DNA of 58,210 nucleotides, filler included, from Sanchytrium tribonematis (lineage: Eukaryota): assembly GCA_018985235.1 (NCBI GenBank). It is 4 parts of 4 records of this genome, joined end to end, with 100 filler letters (N's around TTAATTAATTAA, not from the genome) between each part and the next. Parts side by side here need not be neighbours in the genome. Positions count along the whole stretch, not along the records: positions 1 to 14,557 come from JADGIG010000167.1; positions 14,658 to 29,192 come from JADGIG010000168.1; 2 more parts are not named here. The stretch is one strand, 5' to 3'. Every line of letters starts with the position of its first letter. Position 1 is the first letter of the stretch. A program made the position numbers and the translations under genes. The notes under the pieces were generated by a model. It searched no databases. It had not been told where the DNA came from and saw only the letters and a program-made list of their open reading frames with translations. Below, piece by piece: positions 10,904 to 23,455 of the stretch.

Positions 10904-13900
10904 ATGTTCACAATATTCTCAAACATACTTCCACCGACATCCGTCAACTGCAGCACATTTGGTGTATTTGATGGTAAAGAATATCTTGTGGCTGCAGCTA
11001 GAGAATCTGTAAAATTTTACATTGTTCAAAATGGCAAACTGGTTGTTGATTTCAAAGTTAGAATTGATGGGGTTCCAAAAAGCCTAAATGTTGCAAAACT
11101 CAAGGGTAGAAACCATTTAGTTATTCAATTGCAGACAGCTTTTTCAATTTGCGCGGTAGAGCAAAAATCGTTAAAAACTGTTTCTATTCATGACTATAAT
11201 CGTGAAGATCTTTTTGATTTGGGTATCAGACACCATACTCAGTACGAGCATCAGTTATTAGTAGACCAGAGAAGCTCTTATATTTTGATGCCAAACCTTG
11301 ATTTTTTCACCATTCTACCTCTAAGAGATGAGCTTGATGATCCAGATAAAATTCCATATTTTCCCAGTTGGACCGTTTCTTATAGAGACCTTTTTTTAAT
11401 TGATGTCAAGAATGTTATATTTTTAGATGGATATTTTGAGCCAACAATTGCTGTGCTCCAGGATGGCCAACCCTATTGGCAAGGTTTGCACCAAAAGGAA
11501 CAATGTTTAATTACGATATTAACACTAAATGCTCAAAACAAAACCCTGACACAATTAAAATCGTATAAGGGTCTTCCATCATCGTCTCAATTTTTGCTTC
11601 CTATACCAGGGCAAACGGGATTTATATTTTTTTGCGCAACTGGCTTTTTTATTTTTGATAGATCAAGTCCAAGTGGATATGGAATTTGCTTCAATGCATA
11701 TCACCAATTTGATTCTACAAGATACAATGAGAAATTAGAAAGTATGGGTTTAAATTTAGACGGATGTAATGCCAAGTTTTTGACAAATGAAATCTTTCTG
11801 TTAATTCTACAAAATGGAGATGTTTGGTCCGTCAAATTGCACTCCACAGCACGGTCAAGTGCTCCATTAATTGATTTTAAAGACGGAAAGCCTGAAAGTG
11901 CAGTGGGTAGCCGCTTGCTTATGAAACGTATTATGACTATCTCTATATTAAATGATATTTCGGTATCATCAACGCATTGCTTTTTAGCTTGTTGTGGTGT
12001 TTCGAAACTTCTAAATCTCAACTTTTCGGCTCCAACACCAGTATTATTGGATGAAATCGATGATGATGACCTTTATAAAGTTGATACTGTAAAGGCTGCT
12101 CCTTTGGTAGATTCCAATCAACCTAGAGAGGAATCCATCGAACTTGCAGACTCATTAAATTCTTTTGCTCCCATTCGCTGTCTAACTACTTCTACTCTTG
12201 AATCGGACTCTTTTGAAGGGAAACTTATACTTGCAGCTGCAACGGGATCCTTTTCTGAATCTAGGGTGACGTTTTTTCGTCAAAGTTTACCTTGGATTTT
12301 AAAGCAGTCGTACGGTGCCAAGGTTACAAAGTCTATAACTTATTATAATGGGTCAGAGATTATCAGTTTATATCAAAGAGAACTGAAGCAATACGTGGTT
12401 GAAATTGGGGAAAAGGTGGTTAGAACCGAAGGTAATCCTTTTAATATAGATTTCAAAAATTTAGGCTTTCTGCAAAGCTCAAAATTAAACCTAGCGTTCA
12501 ATGCTAAAACGTTTACAATTTATGATAAAAGCATGGAACTGAAATTCTCGCATACACATGACTGTGCCATTGGGACTGTTAGGATACATGAGTATATAAT
12601 TTGTAATAGAAGTAAGGATACTCTCACTGTCTTTCAAATTGACGAAAATTTCAAGGAAGCCCGTCAATTATTTAAAAAAAGTGACATTTGTGACTATTCG
12701 ATAACCCACATAGATGGCAATCTGAGATTTGTTGTTTTGATGTTAAACGATATGATACAATTATGCGATACTGATGGTGATATTATCTCGCAAACAAATT
12801 TCAGTCTGCTGCTTCCAATTATTTCAGACTCCACCCAGTCAGATTCAAGAGGCATTTTAACAAATTTGGGTGTCATTAGAGAAAATCATACAAGCTGTCA
12901 TTTTATTTTGGTAATTTAGTTTAACTTAGCTTGGAGATGAATCCGGAGAAATTATTATTTACAAAACTTTAGACTTTACAACTTTCAAAAAAGAGCAGGT
13001 TGGAATCCCCAAATTAAAATATTTCAAAAACATATTTTATCAAACCAGTTCTATGACTAACTCTTGCATATTGGTTGCAAGTTCAACGTTTTATCTTGTT
13101 ATAGATGAGCGACAAAATTTATATTTCCATGAACTTGAAAAATTGCATCATCTTAAAAGCATCCAAAAGATTGAAAATGTTCCAAACACTGAAATTTTTT
13201 CTATAATTGATGATACTAATTCGGTTTTACTCATCGAGATACCAAATAAGATGAAACGAGATGCGGAACTTGTTTACAGCCAGGTTGACATCAATTGTAC
13301 TGTTGACAAGGTTTCGTATCATGACACTTCCAACACTCTCGTTGCACTTGGCTATAAGAGAATTGAAACTAAATGTCCAGCACCTGTTGTAAGCAATGAC
13401 GAAACGGATGGTAGAAAAGTGGCTCCGTCGAATATCACAGATTTGACTACAGATATCGAATTAAAACCTGGAGCATACAAGGTAGAAATGAGCGTTTATA
13501 AACTGCATTTGCTTTCGATGGAAACATACAATATCATCGATGAATATGAATTTGATCCATATTTTGTGATATTGGATATGAAAGTCTTGATGATCGAAAC
13601 AACAGAATCTGCCTCCGGCGAAAAGCAATTTATAGCAGTGGCAGGTGGTTTAATGAAAGGCGAAGAAACGCAATTAAAAGGCGAGGTTCATTTATTAGAA
13701 GTTACTAGAATTAACCCTGATCCTACTAAACCCGACTTTACTCACAAAATTAAACATAGAGCCAAAGTGTCATTTAAAGGAGCTGCTTCATCTGTTGCGT
13801 CACTTGTGGGATATTTAATATCTACGAATGGCTTTAAAGTTATGGTTTATCGATTTGATGGCGAAAAGTTGAGTGCTATTGCCTTTCATGATATGCATCA

Positions 13901-14557
13901 TATGGTAAGTTCTGTTACAACAATTAAAAATTACGTATTAGCGACCGATGTCTATAGAAGTGCCACATTCCTTGCATTTCAAGAGGACCCTTATCGATTT
14001 TTTATGTTGGGGAGGGATTTTAGAAATTTGGAAGTCGAGCAATGTAACTTTTTAATAGATGGCAATTCTCTTGGTTTTATAGAATTAGACAAATTTGGCA
14101 ATCTTTATATATCAGCATTTTCTCCCTTCGATATACAATCTCAAAATGGCAACAAATTACTCCGAGTGGCTGATTTTCATTTGGGGTCAAAAACTTCTAG
14201 CATCATACGTGCGCAAAAAACATCAGAACAAAGCACAGGGCCTTTAAATAGGCAGTCTTTTAATTTGGTATCATTCTACGATGGTGGAATTGGTTGCATA
14301 AGCCCTATTGGAGAGCGCGTTTTTAAAAGGTTGTTGTTTATAACTTCTAGAATGTATCAGTCAATTCCTCATCATTGCGGACTCAATCCTAAATCATATA
14401 GACTTAGTACGAATACAACTGCCAGATTAGATGAAAACCCTCACAAGAACATTATTGATGGTGAATTCGCAAAGCAATTTCTTCACCTGGATCGTGCAAC
14501 TCAGCAAAGTATTACTGATTCGATTGGAATCACTAAAGACAGATTTTTGAATGATTT
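10904..14557 (+). CDS. CFT1: CPSF160/Cft1 cleavage and polyadenylation factor; exons 10904-12910 and 12930->14557, truncated at the spacer
   Basis: N-terminal ILPPTSVN, LKTVSIH, FLDGYFEPTIAVL; C-terminal CPSF_A domain (KNYVLATDVYRS..FQEDPYR, GNKLLRVADFHLG, GLNPKSYR, IIDG). Two track ORFs join in frame across a 19-nt intron. Confidence 0.92.
12911..12929 (+). other. 19-nt intron GTAATTTAGTTTAACTTAG (phase 0) in CFT1
   Basis: Contains the stop of ORF 10904-12919; removal joins it in frame to ORF 13053. Confidence 0.92.
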
Positions 14558-14657
14558 NNNNNNNNNNNNNNNNNNNNNNNNNNNNNNNNNNNNNNNNNNN
14601 NTTAATTAATTAANNNNNNNNNNNNNNNNNNNNNNNNNNNNNNNNNNNNNNNNNNNN
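14558..14657. other. Artificial 100-bp contig spacer (44 N + TTAATTAATTAA + 44 N)
   Basis: Six-frame stop linker flanked by Ns. Confidence 0.97.
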
Positions 14658-14812
14658 AGACACCTAAAATCATGCACAGCTTACAAAAATATTCAAAAAT
14701 AGGATACCATAATGACCATATACCCCCGAATAGCTTTCTCCATATGATAGCGCATACCATTTATACCGGATTGTGAATAAATAACAATTACAAATAATCC
14801 ATATCCTTTTTA

Positions 14813-17147
14813 TTAATTTACAAAATGCCAAGTACTTTTCCACTGTAAATGTTTTAAATGTTCATTCGGATAATCAAATCCAAAAGCGAGGGGTGAAAAT
14901 AAATAGAACCCGACAAAAACAGCAATGGTATATGACAGCACCACAGCATATCCTAAAATTTTGCGGATACCTTCCTTGTTTTGAAGGAAAAAGTGATCTA
15001 ATAAGAAAATATTCACAAAGATACTGAAGTAGAGAGAAGGATAATAGTGGTGCAAATAAAGCACCCTTCCCATCAAGTAAAAAGGTAGATAATGTAAAAT
15101 GTAACCCAAAACAAATATACGCCCGAATGTTGTATAATTTTGCCAATCTTCTACATAAAAAACAAGTACCTTCTTTCCAATTAGACATTTTTCGCTTTCT
15201 TCTAACTGTATAAAATCCTAGAGAGACGATATATGTCACAATGGCAAAAAATGAAGGAATCCAAACCAACGGATTACCAAACATGTAATATTTTGGCTTA
15301 TTATCTTCCCAACCACACATTCGAATTCCGCGTTTCATCAAAGGCCAATCCTCCGCATTACTGACCAATCCATCCCATTCCTTATCTGGATCCGCCACTA
15401 GAGCATTGTTACTTGCCCATTGAGCAACATTATGGTGTACAATATCTCTCCATAGACTGGTCTTGTAATTTCTTGGCGTTCCTGGTGGAAGTAAATCATT
15501 ATAGTGATGCTCTATATTCCATATAACTGAGGAATCTTTAGCATTTTCTCGAACGCAGAGTACTTCGTGCTGTTTGAATCCCCACTCAGGGAGAGCTTTT
15601 GGGTGTGTTGCTAAATAACAACCACTATTTTTATGCTTAAGTCGAAACTGAGTCGTTAAAGCTTTGATTTTACGCTGTCTCTCGCCAGGTTGATTTAGAT
15701 TTTCAGGCTCATCACCAATGACAGGATAATCATCAAAATCCTCTTTAAAATCTATCTCACCACTGGATTTTGTTTCCTGTACTATTTCAAATACCCAAAC
15801 ATCATTGCTATCTCCAAAAGAATTGTTACCATAGGCAGACACCTCCCATGCCCATTTAGATACTGGTGCGGCTATTGGGTGAGAATGTAAATTTCTATCT
15901 GTAGATTTGTGAACCAATCTCACTTCATCCAAATGTCTCAGATATTGAATGTTCTGCTTCTGCTGTTCGTTGTATTCTCTAGGCTGTTCTCCGTCAAATT
16001 CAGGCACTTTAGAACCATGTCTAATTGGAAATATTTGCCATCTGTTATTGTCATCTCTAAAATGATAACAAGTAATCTGCTGTTGTTTTGATCCTTGAGG
16101 GTATAAATGCGGATGAGAATGCAAGAGACCACCACTATATGCTGTATTTTTAAGTGTAACAACACTTCCTACAGCAACATATAAAGGATTTCTATGTAAA
16201 TCAGTTCCTTTGAGTCCAGCTTGAAATAAGCTCGACATGTGAGAATCACCATTACCGGAATTTGTAAGAATTGTAAAGTGTAAAACGTACATTATGGTAT
16301 AAACAGTCAATGGAACAATTATTAATGCAATAATGCGAGAAATCCAATGAAGTCCATATACTTGCAAAGGCATTCTTAAATCACCCCAATATTCCCACAA
16401 TTCGTAAATTGTGTTGATTCCTACTAAAGCAACAAAGAATAAACCAACCCATTTTACAGAAGCCACTGCACCCAGAGATGCGCCCAAAAGTGTCATCCAT
16501 ACAAATTTTTCAATACTAAGAGGATGCTTTAAGGTTTTAATAAAGAAGTACAAACTAAGGGAAGTGAAAAATAATAGGAATGGATCCAATAAAATAAATC
16601 TAGTGATAACATTTAAGCCAACTTCGCAAAGAACACACCAAGTAGCAAGATGCTTGCTAACTGTCGTAATTGGGAGTTCTTTTGCGATTAAATACGTTAA
16701 AGGAACTAGAGCACTTCCAAATAAGGCACAAAATATCCTCATTCCCACATAATTAACATCGCCATATTCTTTACCAGATTCAAATCCGAATCCACCTGTA
16801 TAACCACTGAGTAACATGCCTAAGGAGACCAGCATCTTTCCCAAAGGGGGATGCACATCAAAATAAAATGATTGGCCTAAATAATAGGACCCAAATTTGC
16901 CGAAATGCGCCTCATCCCAAGTCACTCTCTTTGATGCACTTATATTATACATTCGAGTGACTAATCCCAATATGGTATATATTCCGACCCAAAATAAATT
17001 TTTGTAAAATTCTCTATCATAATCATCGACATGAGCATATTTTTGAATAATCGGAGTTTCAATTAAATTATCTCTTTTAAATATTCCGTCATCAACAGGA
17101 TTTAATGGCTGATCATCCCACTTTTTGATACGATTTCTAATTTCCAT
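14813..17147 (-). CDS. Dolichyl-phosphate-mannose protein O-mannosyltransferase, PMT2-like; exons 17147-15170 and 15150-14813
   Basis: VTWDEAHFGKFGSYY, FYFDVHPPLGKML, SVKWVGLF, MIR domains (LLHSH, NLHSH), GNPLVW. Spliced C-terminus has HYLPFYLMGRVLYLHHYYPSLYF. Confidence 0.94.
15151..15169 (-). other. 19-nt intron GTACTTGTTTTTTATGTAG (phase 1) in the PMT gene
   Basis: Removal shifts into the frame carrying the conserved PMT C-terminal motif. Confidence 0.9.
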
Positions 17148-17651
17148 TTGAAATATTTTCAATGAAACCGACGTCACACAGGTGATTTTTTGCAATCAAC
17201 TTGTGTAAAAACTTGACCTGGAAAATATTTATAATTGATTTTTGAAGAACATTCCAAAAGCTCAAGTTATACCGGAATGACACTGAATTGATCGTTGTAA
17301 TTTTACCTCAAACTATTGTTAGGTTTACGTGGGATACTATCATTAAATCTCCCTCAATAGACTTGGTGGAGGTGGATTTCCGGATAGCAGCATCATGGCG
17401 CCTTTTTATGACAGAAGTAACCCAGATTTTAATGATGGCCGAAATAGAATGTTTATTTGGAGCGCATATCAAAACGTACAATGAGCTTAAAATTTGTAGC
17501 AGATATCAGATGTTTTAAACATTTAAACTAGGACAAGTTCCAAAATGCAAAAACTGAAGTGACGAACCGGTGGAAAGATGTATCAAGTCTTTCGTAAAAG
17601 ACTGCCTTCTGCAAGACTCGGCTCAATAAAGTGGGGTTAAATGGTAAATTT

Positions 17652-20033
17652 CTAAAAATTTTCTTGATGAAAATGGAGAACTGTTCTGTTTTGACTTTTG
17701 AGTGTTTGACTGACACAAATTTCCTTAATTTCTTGGCATAAATCTGGTGGTGCGCATGAAAATATACCAATATCTTTAGATGGATGGTTTTCTGTGAGTT
17801 CGGTGAAAATCGTGTTCCAGTGTGGTTTGCCGTCAAAAGTAGGATATTTTAACCCTTTCCACATTTTCGAATTATTGCTATCATATGAAATGCTTTGTGT
17901 ATCTTTTAAATTTTTTGGCCCACTAAGATAAATATAAGTTTCTATTTCTTGACAGTCTTGGACTTGTCTCAATATTTCTGTAAACCATTCAAAACTGTCT
18001 GGGTCCCTGCATATCCAAAATAAATACACTTTCTCAACATCCGATCGATTTTCTGATTTCCTAATAAATAATTCTTTAATGACACTAGCGAATGGGGTGA
18101 TTCCAATTCCCACCCCAACAAGCAAGGAGATTTTAAATTGAAAAACGTCATTGGAGCTGCTGCCAAATGGACCATCGAAGTATAATTTAGGCAAATTTGG
18201 AATTGTTACATCGCAGCCAGTGTCAAAATCGACTCCACATTCTTTTGCTAGTTTTTTCGACCAATCACCTTTGCATCGCATATTTATGTTAAAATATCCG
18301 TCACTTGGCGCATTTGATAGGGTAAATGGATGGTATTGAAAGTAAGAGATAGACTTGCAATTTAAAAATATGTACATCCCCGCCTTTGTCTTTCTAACGA
18401 AGTTTTTACCACCATATGACTTTGGGATCTTAAAGGTCATTTCTAAAACATTCGATCCTCTCTTCATTACCGAGGTCATTTTTAATGGCTTCCTTCTTCC
18501 AAAATTTCTAATGATGATGCTTTCCGCAATGAAAAATAATAATCCAATTATGGAATATCTTATAAAAGTGCCCCCTACTGCACAAGTCTCAGGTTCTCCC
18601 AACAATTTTCCAACAAAACAGTACATTCCATGTGGTATAGTGACGACATATGTTGCCAACCATAAATAATGAGAATAATAAAAGATTTCGAAATGTGTTT
18701 GTTTAACTTTGCTCATTCCACCAGTTAAAGCTAAGAAAAAGAGTACTTCCAGAACTAGCCCAGTAATGCCAGGCACAGATCTAGTTAGAAGGTACAAGGT
18801 GGAGAGGTTTAAATTGCCATATATAAATAAATAGTTATATATGTGAGCAATAACATGCAAAATAGCAGACAGAACCGTCATTATTCCTAATACTTTATGA
18901 AACTCAATAGAATGATCAAAAGGCATTACATTTGACAAAACAGAGGACCTTATCATTGTCAGGAATTTGCGGCTCATTGATATCAGCAGTAGCGATGAAT
19001 TAAAATTAATGATAGCAGCAGCACCTTTAGCAATACCCAAAAAGGGTCCAAATAGTTCATAAACTGCTACTCTATTGGTGTATGTTGCATAATAGATCCA
19101 AAATAGTGCCGCACATATTGCAAAATAAATTATCAACACCAAAAATTTAGCAGACCCATGTGTAAAAAAACTTACAATTCTGTACCAGCACTTTTCTGAC
19201 CAAGACAAAGGTTCTGCAATTGCACGTCTACCTAATGTAGTTTGATATACGCTGGAGTTTTGAGATTTTGGACTTTCCGAATTAACATAAGTTTTTCTAA
19301 TACTTTGTTTGGCTTTGGAAGCTTTTCTCTTTTTGCTTTTTCTAGCTAAAGTGTCGACATAGGCATCGACAGGAATATAGTTCGTTGGACTACCTAATTT
19401 TGGTCTTTCACAAGAGAGATAATAGCTATTTAGGTTTTCAGCTTCCAAAATTTGTTTTTGAAGTTGTAATTCCTTAGGTTCTTTTGGCAGCGGTTTCTTT
19501 ACATCCTGGAGTCTGCCAGTTTTCCTTCTATGAGATTTCCTGCTCGGTGAATTGCTCTGAATACGTTTACTAGATCTTGGTAATGGTACGGGTTTAATTA
19601 CAATCGATATATCCTTATGAGGCGGTGAAGGCTCTTTTTCTTCTTCTTCCTCCGAGGAAGAAAGAATGAGGTCACTGAGTGTACTGTCTTTTTTGTCAAA
19701 TAATTTTTTTCTGACTCTACGTGGTTTGGTATTTTCTTTTCTGACGGGCTGAAATTCTATTGCAACTTTTTCATTATCATCTTTTGGAGAATTATAATCT
19801 ATTTCAGTGACTCGTGGCTCTTCTTTATGAGAATTCTTCCTTGGCCTTATCATTTCTAATTTTGAATCTTCATCAGAATCTGAATTAAACAATTCCGATA
19901 CAGTTTCTTCCGTTTTATCATTTCTTAAAAAATCAAAGTATTTCCCAATATTCCTTGGCTTGGGAGCTTTGACTGTATTAGTGGTAGTAAATACAGAGTC
20001 TGTATCGCTCATGTCAAAATTCGAATTTTTCAT
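17652..20033 (-). CDS. NADPH oxidase (gp91phox-type) with about 290-aa low-complexity N-terminal extension, NoxB-like
   Basis: Heme His pairs (FHK..LH, SHY..PHG), HPFTLS FAD motif, DGPFG, GVGIGITPF, C-terminal FHQENF. Confidence 0.92.
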   Translation of the reverse strand: MKNSNFDMSDTDSVFTTTNTVKAPKPRNIGKYFDFLRNDKTEETVSELFNSDSDEDSKLEMIRPRKNSHKEEPRVTEIDYNSPKDDNEKVAIEFQPVRKENTKPRRVRKKLFDKKDSTLSDLILSSSEEEEEKEPSPPHKDISIVIKPVPLPRSSKRIQSNSPSRKSHRRKTGRLQDVKKPLPKEPKELQLQKQILEAENLNSYYLSCERPKLGSPTNYIPVDAYVDTLARKSKKRKASKAKQSIRKTYVNSESPKSQNSSVYQTTLGRRAIAEPLSWSEKCWYRIVSFFTHGSAKFLVLIIYFAICAALFWIYYATYTNRVAVYELFGPFLGIAKGAAAIINFNSSLLLISMSRKFLTMIRSSVLSNVMPFDHSIEFHKVLGIMTVLSAILHVIAHIYNYLFIYGNLNLSTLYLLTRSVPGITGLVLEVLFFLALTGGMSKVKQTHFEIFYYSHYLWLATYVVTIPHGMYCFVGKLLGEPETCAVGGTFIRYSIIGLLFFIAESIIIRNFGRRKPLKMTSVMKRGSNVLEMTFKIPKSYGGKNFVRKTKAGMYIFLNCKSISYFQYHPFTLSNAPSDGYFNINMRCKGDWSKKLAKECGVDFDTGCDVTIPNLPKLYFDGPFGSSSNDVFQFKISLLVGVGIGITPFASVIKELFIRKSENRSDVEKVYLFWICRDPDSFEWFTEILRQVQDCQEIETYIYLSGPKNLKDTQSISYDSNNSKMWKGLKYPTFDGKPHWNTIFTELTENHPSKDIGIFSCAPPDLCQEIKEICVSQTLKSQNRTVLHFHQENF

Positions 20034-20135
20034 TTAAGTACAATGAGAAATTTAGCTGATTGGATGCAAGAATTAAATCTTTGAATTTTTTGTGAGTTAA
20101 CTTGAAAATATTTATCAGTTTGATATAAAAGTGTA

Positions 20136-20513
20136 ATGAATGTCGCAGAATTAGAAAAATCTAAAGAAAGTCTTGTAAAACTCCAGTTGTTATCCAAGGA
20201 ATACAATAATTATAGAGTTGAAATGCAGGAATTGATAGCAACTATCAACAGAGAAAATTTCTCAAAAGTCGCATTGCTAGAAGAAAGTAATTCTAGGTTA
20301 GAATCAGAAATTCATTTTTTGACAAGGAAAAACGAATTGCTCAAAGCCAAAGAGACTGAGCTGTGTCTTGATTTAATAAAGCAGAAATCAAGATTAGAAG
20401 AAAATGAGAAGAAACTCGAGCAAGATATAGTGAATCTGAAAAAATTTGTTGTTGAAAAATGGAATACGAAAATTTCCAACATTGTTAGTTTGATTCAAGA
20501 TTTACTGAAATAA
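20136..20513 (+). CDS. Hypothetical coiled-coil protein (125 aa)
   Basis: ATG-initiated ORF rich in L/E/K heptads; AATAAA overlaps the stop. Confidence 0.6.
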   Translation: MNVAELEKSKESLVKLQLLSKEYNNYRVEMQELIATINRENFSKVALLEESNSRLESEIHFLTRKNELLKAKETELCLDLIKQKSRLEENEKKLEQDIVNLKKFVVEKWNTKISNIVSLIQDLLK

Positions 20514-20519
20514 AGTTAA

Positions 20520-22100
20520 TTAAGAATAGGATTGTGCTTTGTGTTTTGGTTTGAATGTGAAATTTGCATCGGAAGGTCCTAGAAATATTTCACTTAGCCT
20601 AATCCAATCGGACGGATTCTCAGATCCCATCCAGGTTTCCAATTCATTTCGACCCCACCATCTCTCAGGCCTCAAATTAATTTGATGAGGCACCCTTTCA
20701 AGAATGGGAAATGGGACATATCTGTGAGCAAAGGACCACCACTCGCAAAAGAATCTCCGTACTTTTTCAATACCCATAGAGTCTGTTCCAAAATGCTCCA
20801 TTCCGTAATCACAAAATTGTTTAACCATGGTGAGTCTTTCCGTAGCAGACTTGTCTATGTGCTTTCTCTCTTTAATTTCTTGAAAAATCCATGGTTTAAT
20901 CAGAGCACCCCGAGCAATTAATATCCCGTTAATTTCAGTACTTTCCATGTGTTCGAAATATTCTGTACAGCTTGTAACATCACCGTTTCCAAAGAATGCC
21001 ATCTTATTGCAAAGTTTGCTGCAGTTGGCCATGTAGTCCCAATCTGCCAATCTAGAATATCTTTGTTCCCTAGAACGACCATGAATAGATGCCATGTCAA
21101 AACCATTATTCTCAAGTACCGGGATCATTTCATGAGCTACGTTTTTGCCATCTTTGATACCAGTCCTCATTTTGACTGTGAATAGCGGAACATTCTCTTC
21201 TGGATCTGTAAGACTTGTATCCATTGACAAAAGCGACTCTTTCTTGTAGCTAAGAGCATCAGACATAGATTCTAAAATCTGTTCCAATTGAGATTTCTTA
21301 GACAAAAGGCTAGCACCTATTCCTCTTTGGTAGGCGCCATCAATAGGACAGCATATATTTAAATCAACGAAATCAACCTGGCAATGTTTTCTGATTAACT
21401 GGCATGTTTTGTGCACAACATCTACTTTACTTGCCGCAATTTGCACACCAAAATTCTCTTCAGACGCATGTCTTTTAAAAGTAAGCCAGTCCGAGTTTTT
21501 ACCTTGCAATATAGACGTAGAAAGTGCCATTTCACCACAAGTGATATCTGCTCCAAAAGATTTACAAAGTCTTCGAAATGCGACATGCCCATGCGTCGTA
21601 AGTGGTGCGCAATAAGTTTTTCCACTTTTGAACATTTCGGTTCTTTTTCTTTCTTTAATTGCAGAAATTTCTCTACAAGTGGGTTTAATGTAGCCATCAA
21701 TGTTGATGTCTTTCTCAATTCTTGCAACAGGTTCAAAAGCATATTTTTTCTTTCTAAGCAAACCTTGTGATTCATGATCTAATATATTGAGCAAAGGAAT
21801 ACTTGTTTTTTCATTGTGAATGGTACATCTACATTTTATGCCATATTGACAATCAAGACCATGTGGGCATGTATACGGCAAGTTATCTGGTTTGGTTTTC
21901 TCGAATTCTTCTACATCGTGAGAGTATTTACAAATTTCATTGGTACAACTCTGACCTTTGGCTATTTTTCCACAAAGATTTGGAGTATTTGCAGGTTGAG
22001 CTAGTTTTCTACAGTCTATATCAAGACGCATTCCATCCTCAAACGGCTTAGGATTTGACAAAGAAAATTCAGACTTTATTTTCGCAATATGATCCGTCAT
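20520..22100 (-). CDS. DUS3: tRNA-dihydrouridine(47) synthase
   Basis: N-terminal CCCH fingers, APLTTHG..FRRLC..GADITCGEMA, DLNICCPID, HGRSREQRYSRLADWDY, ARGALIKPWIF, FKPKHKAQSY. Confidence 0.95.
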   Translation of the reverse strand: MTDHIAKIKSEFSLSNPKPFEDGMRLDIDCRKLAQPANTPNLCGKIAKGQSCTNEICKYSHDVEEFEKTKPDNLPYTCPHGLDCQYGIKCRCTIHNEKTSIPLLNILDHESQGLLRKKKYAFEPVARIEKDINIDGYIKPTCREISAIKERKRTEMFKSGKTYCAPLTTHGHVAFRRLCKSFGADITCGEMALSTSILQGKNSDWLTFKRHASEENFGVQIAASKVDVVHKTCQLIRKHCQVDFVDLNICCPIDGAYQRGIGASLLSKKSQLEQILESMSDALSYKKESLLSMDTSLTDPEENVPLFTVKMRTGIKDGKNVAHEMIPVLENNGFDMASIHGRSREQRYSRLADWDYMANCSKLCNKMAFFGNGDVTSCTEYFEHMESTEINGILIARGALIKPWIFQEIKERKHIDKSATERLTMVKQFCDYGMEHFGTDSMGIEKVRRFFCEWWSFAHRYVPFPILERVPHQINLRPERWWGRNELETWMGSENPSDWIRLSEIFLGPSDANFTFKPKHKAQSYS

Positions 22101-22418
22101 TTTAAGGAGGCTTCCGTCAAAGTTTATTTTATAGTTATTAGTTATAAGGATAGAATTTCGAATTTAGATTTTTACCAATGGAAAGAGCATCATAAATTTA
22201 ATTGAAATTCGAATTGGTGAAACTTTCATCATAAAAACTAATAAAAGTTGGATCGAACAGTAAGAAATTTGATGTCTGATCACAGAATTCAGAATAGTTG
22301 TTTGCATCAATCACTTCTCACAAATCACAGAAGAAATCCTTGCTCATAAAAGCACAGAACTTCAAGACACCTTGATTGGCTAGTAATACAGAAAAAACGG
22401 AAGTAGTCATAAGTTCAA

Positions 22419-23291
22419 ATGATATTCCTTTTCTTAATAGTTGCTTTTGAATGCTATACAGGTAAAAATGATATAACCGAAGAAGTCAAAGTCAAAATAT
22501 CCTCTAACTCTATACACAAACGTGAAAGGCAAGTTTACTACGTACCTGTTAGATGGACCTCCTTCTATAAAAATGGAACAACAGATTTGGTTTCTGAAGA
22601 CATTGTCAAACAACTTCTTTCTAAGGTTAATGAAAAATACAGAAATTTAAATCTACCGATTGTGTTGAATTTGTCACTTTATAGAAGCTTTGCTAATGAT
22701 GAGTATGCTTTTATTGATTTTTCAGATACAAATTTACAAACTGGAATTGACAAAAAATTTGGTTCCTCGAGTAATAAGACTTTAAACGTCTACTCTGGAA
22801 ATACTATAGACACAAATAATGTGCAACTTAATAATCAAGACACACTGGCAAGTTATATTAGATCTTGGGCCTCGCTTCCGAGCTTCCCCGATTACAATGG
22901 AATTTTTTTTAATAGTAATGGATTTTCAAAAGATATAACGAATATCGCGAATGAAAAAGATCAAGTCACAGAGCTCATAAGGACATTTGTTCACGAATCT
23001 TTTCATTGGTTTGGACTACTTCATACCTTTCAAGATGGATGTGATGAATCGAGTCCTGGTGATTACGTTGATGATACTCCTCGTGCAGAGAGTAAGTATC
23101 GAGAAAGTATTAGAACTGTTGTTGCATTCCCAATATCAATGGAATGGTCGCAAACGACTGAATTATCAAGCTGCAGAAACGGCATCTTTGACAAATTAGA
23201 CAATATTATGGACTACACTAGTTTTGGTGAGAATATAACTGATGGACAAAGAAAAAGAATTATTCATTTTCTTAAAAAGTACCGCCAATAA
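22419..23291 (+). CDS. Secreted M43 (pappalysin/ulilysin-type) zinc metalloprotease
   Basis: Short hydrophobic N-terminus, KR propeptide site, HESFHWFGLLHTFQDGC, GDYVDDTP, Met-turn NIMDY. Confidence 0.9.
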   Translation: MIFLFLIVAFECYTGKNDITEEVKVKISSNSIHKRERQVYYVPVRWTSFYKNGTTDLVSEDIVKQLLSKVNEKYRNLNLPIVLNLSLYRSFANDEYAFIDFSDTNLQTGIDKKFGSSSNKTLNVYSGNTIDTNNVQLNNQDTLASYIRSWASLPSFPDYNGIFFNSNGFSKDITNIANEKDQVTELIRTFVHESFHWFGLLHTFQDGCDESSPGDYVDDTPRAESKYRESIRTVVAFPISMEWSQTTELSSCRNGIFDKLDNIMDYTSFGENITDGQRKRIIHFLKKYRQ

Positions 23292-23455
23292 ATTTGTAAT
23301 TTAGAATTTTATTTGAAACGACCTTAAGGTCTAATAGTTAGAACCGAATCGTAAAGTAAAGCGGTAATTCAAAAACCAAAACAAATTTAGGACATTTACA
23401 ATCAGATATTATCGAAACTTGCCTATCACGCTGATTTTGCTTTAGATTCCAATCA

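Noticed and set aside
14602..14613. TTAATTAATTAA palindrome recurring three times at about 14.5-kb spacing
   Set aside because: Always centred in N runs; an artificial six-frame-stop linker.
14658..14780. Short open frame at the start of contig 2 (..HMIAHTIYTGL*) followed by AATAAA
   Set aside because: Could be a gene end but is too short to support a call.
17396..17420. GCGCCTTTTTATGACAG resembling U5 snRNA loop I
   Set aside because: Does not match the invariant GCCUUUUAC loop, and no convincing flanking stem or Sm site was seen.
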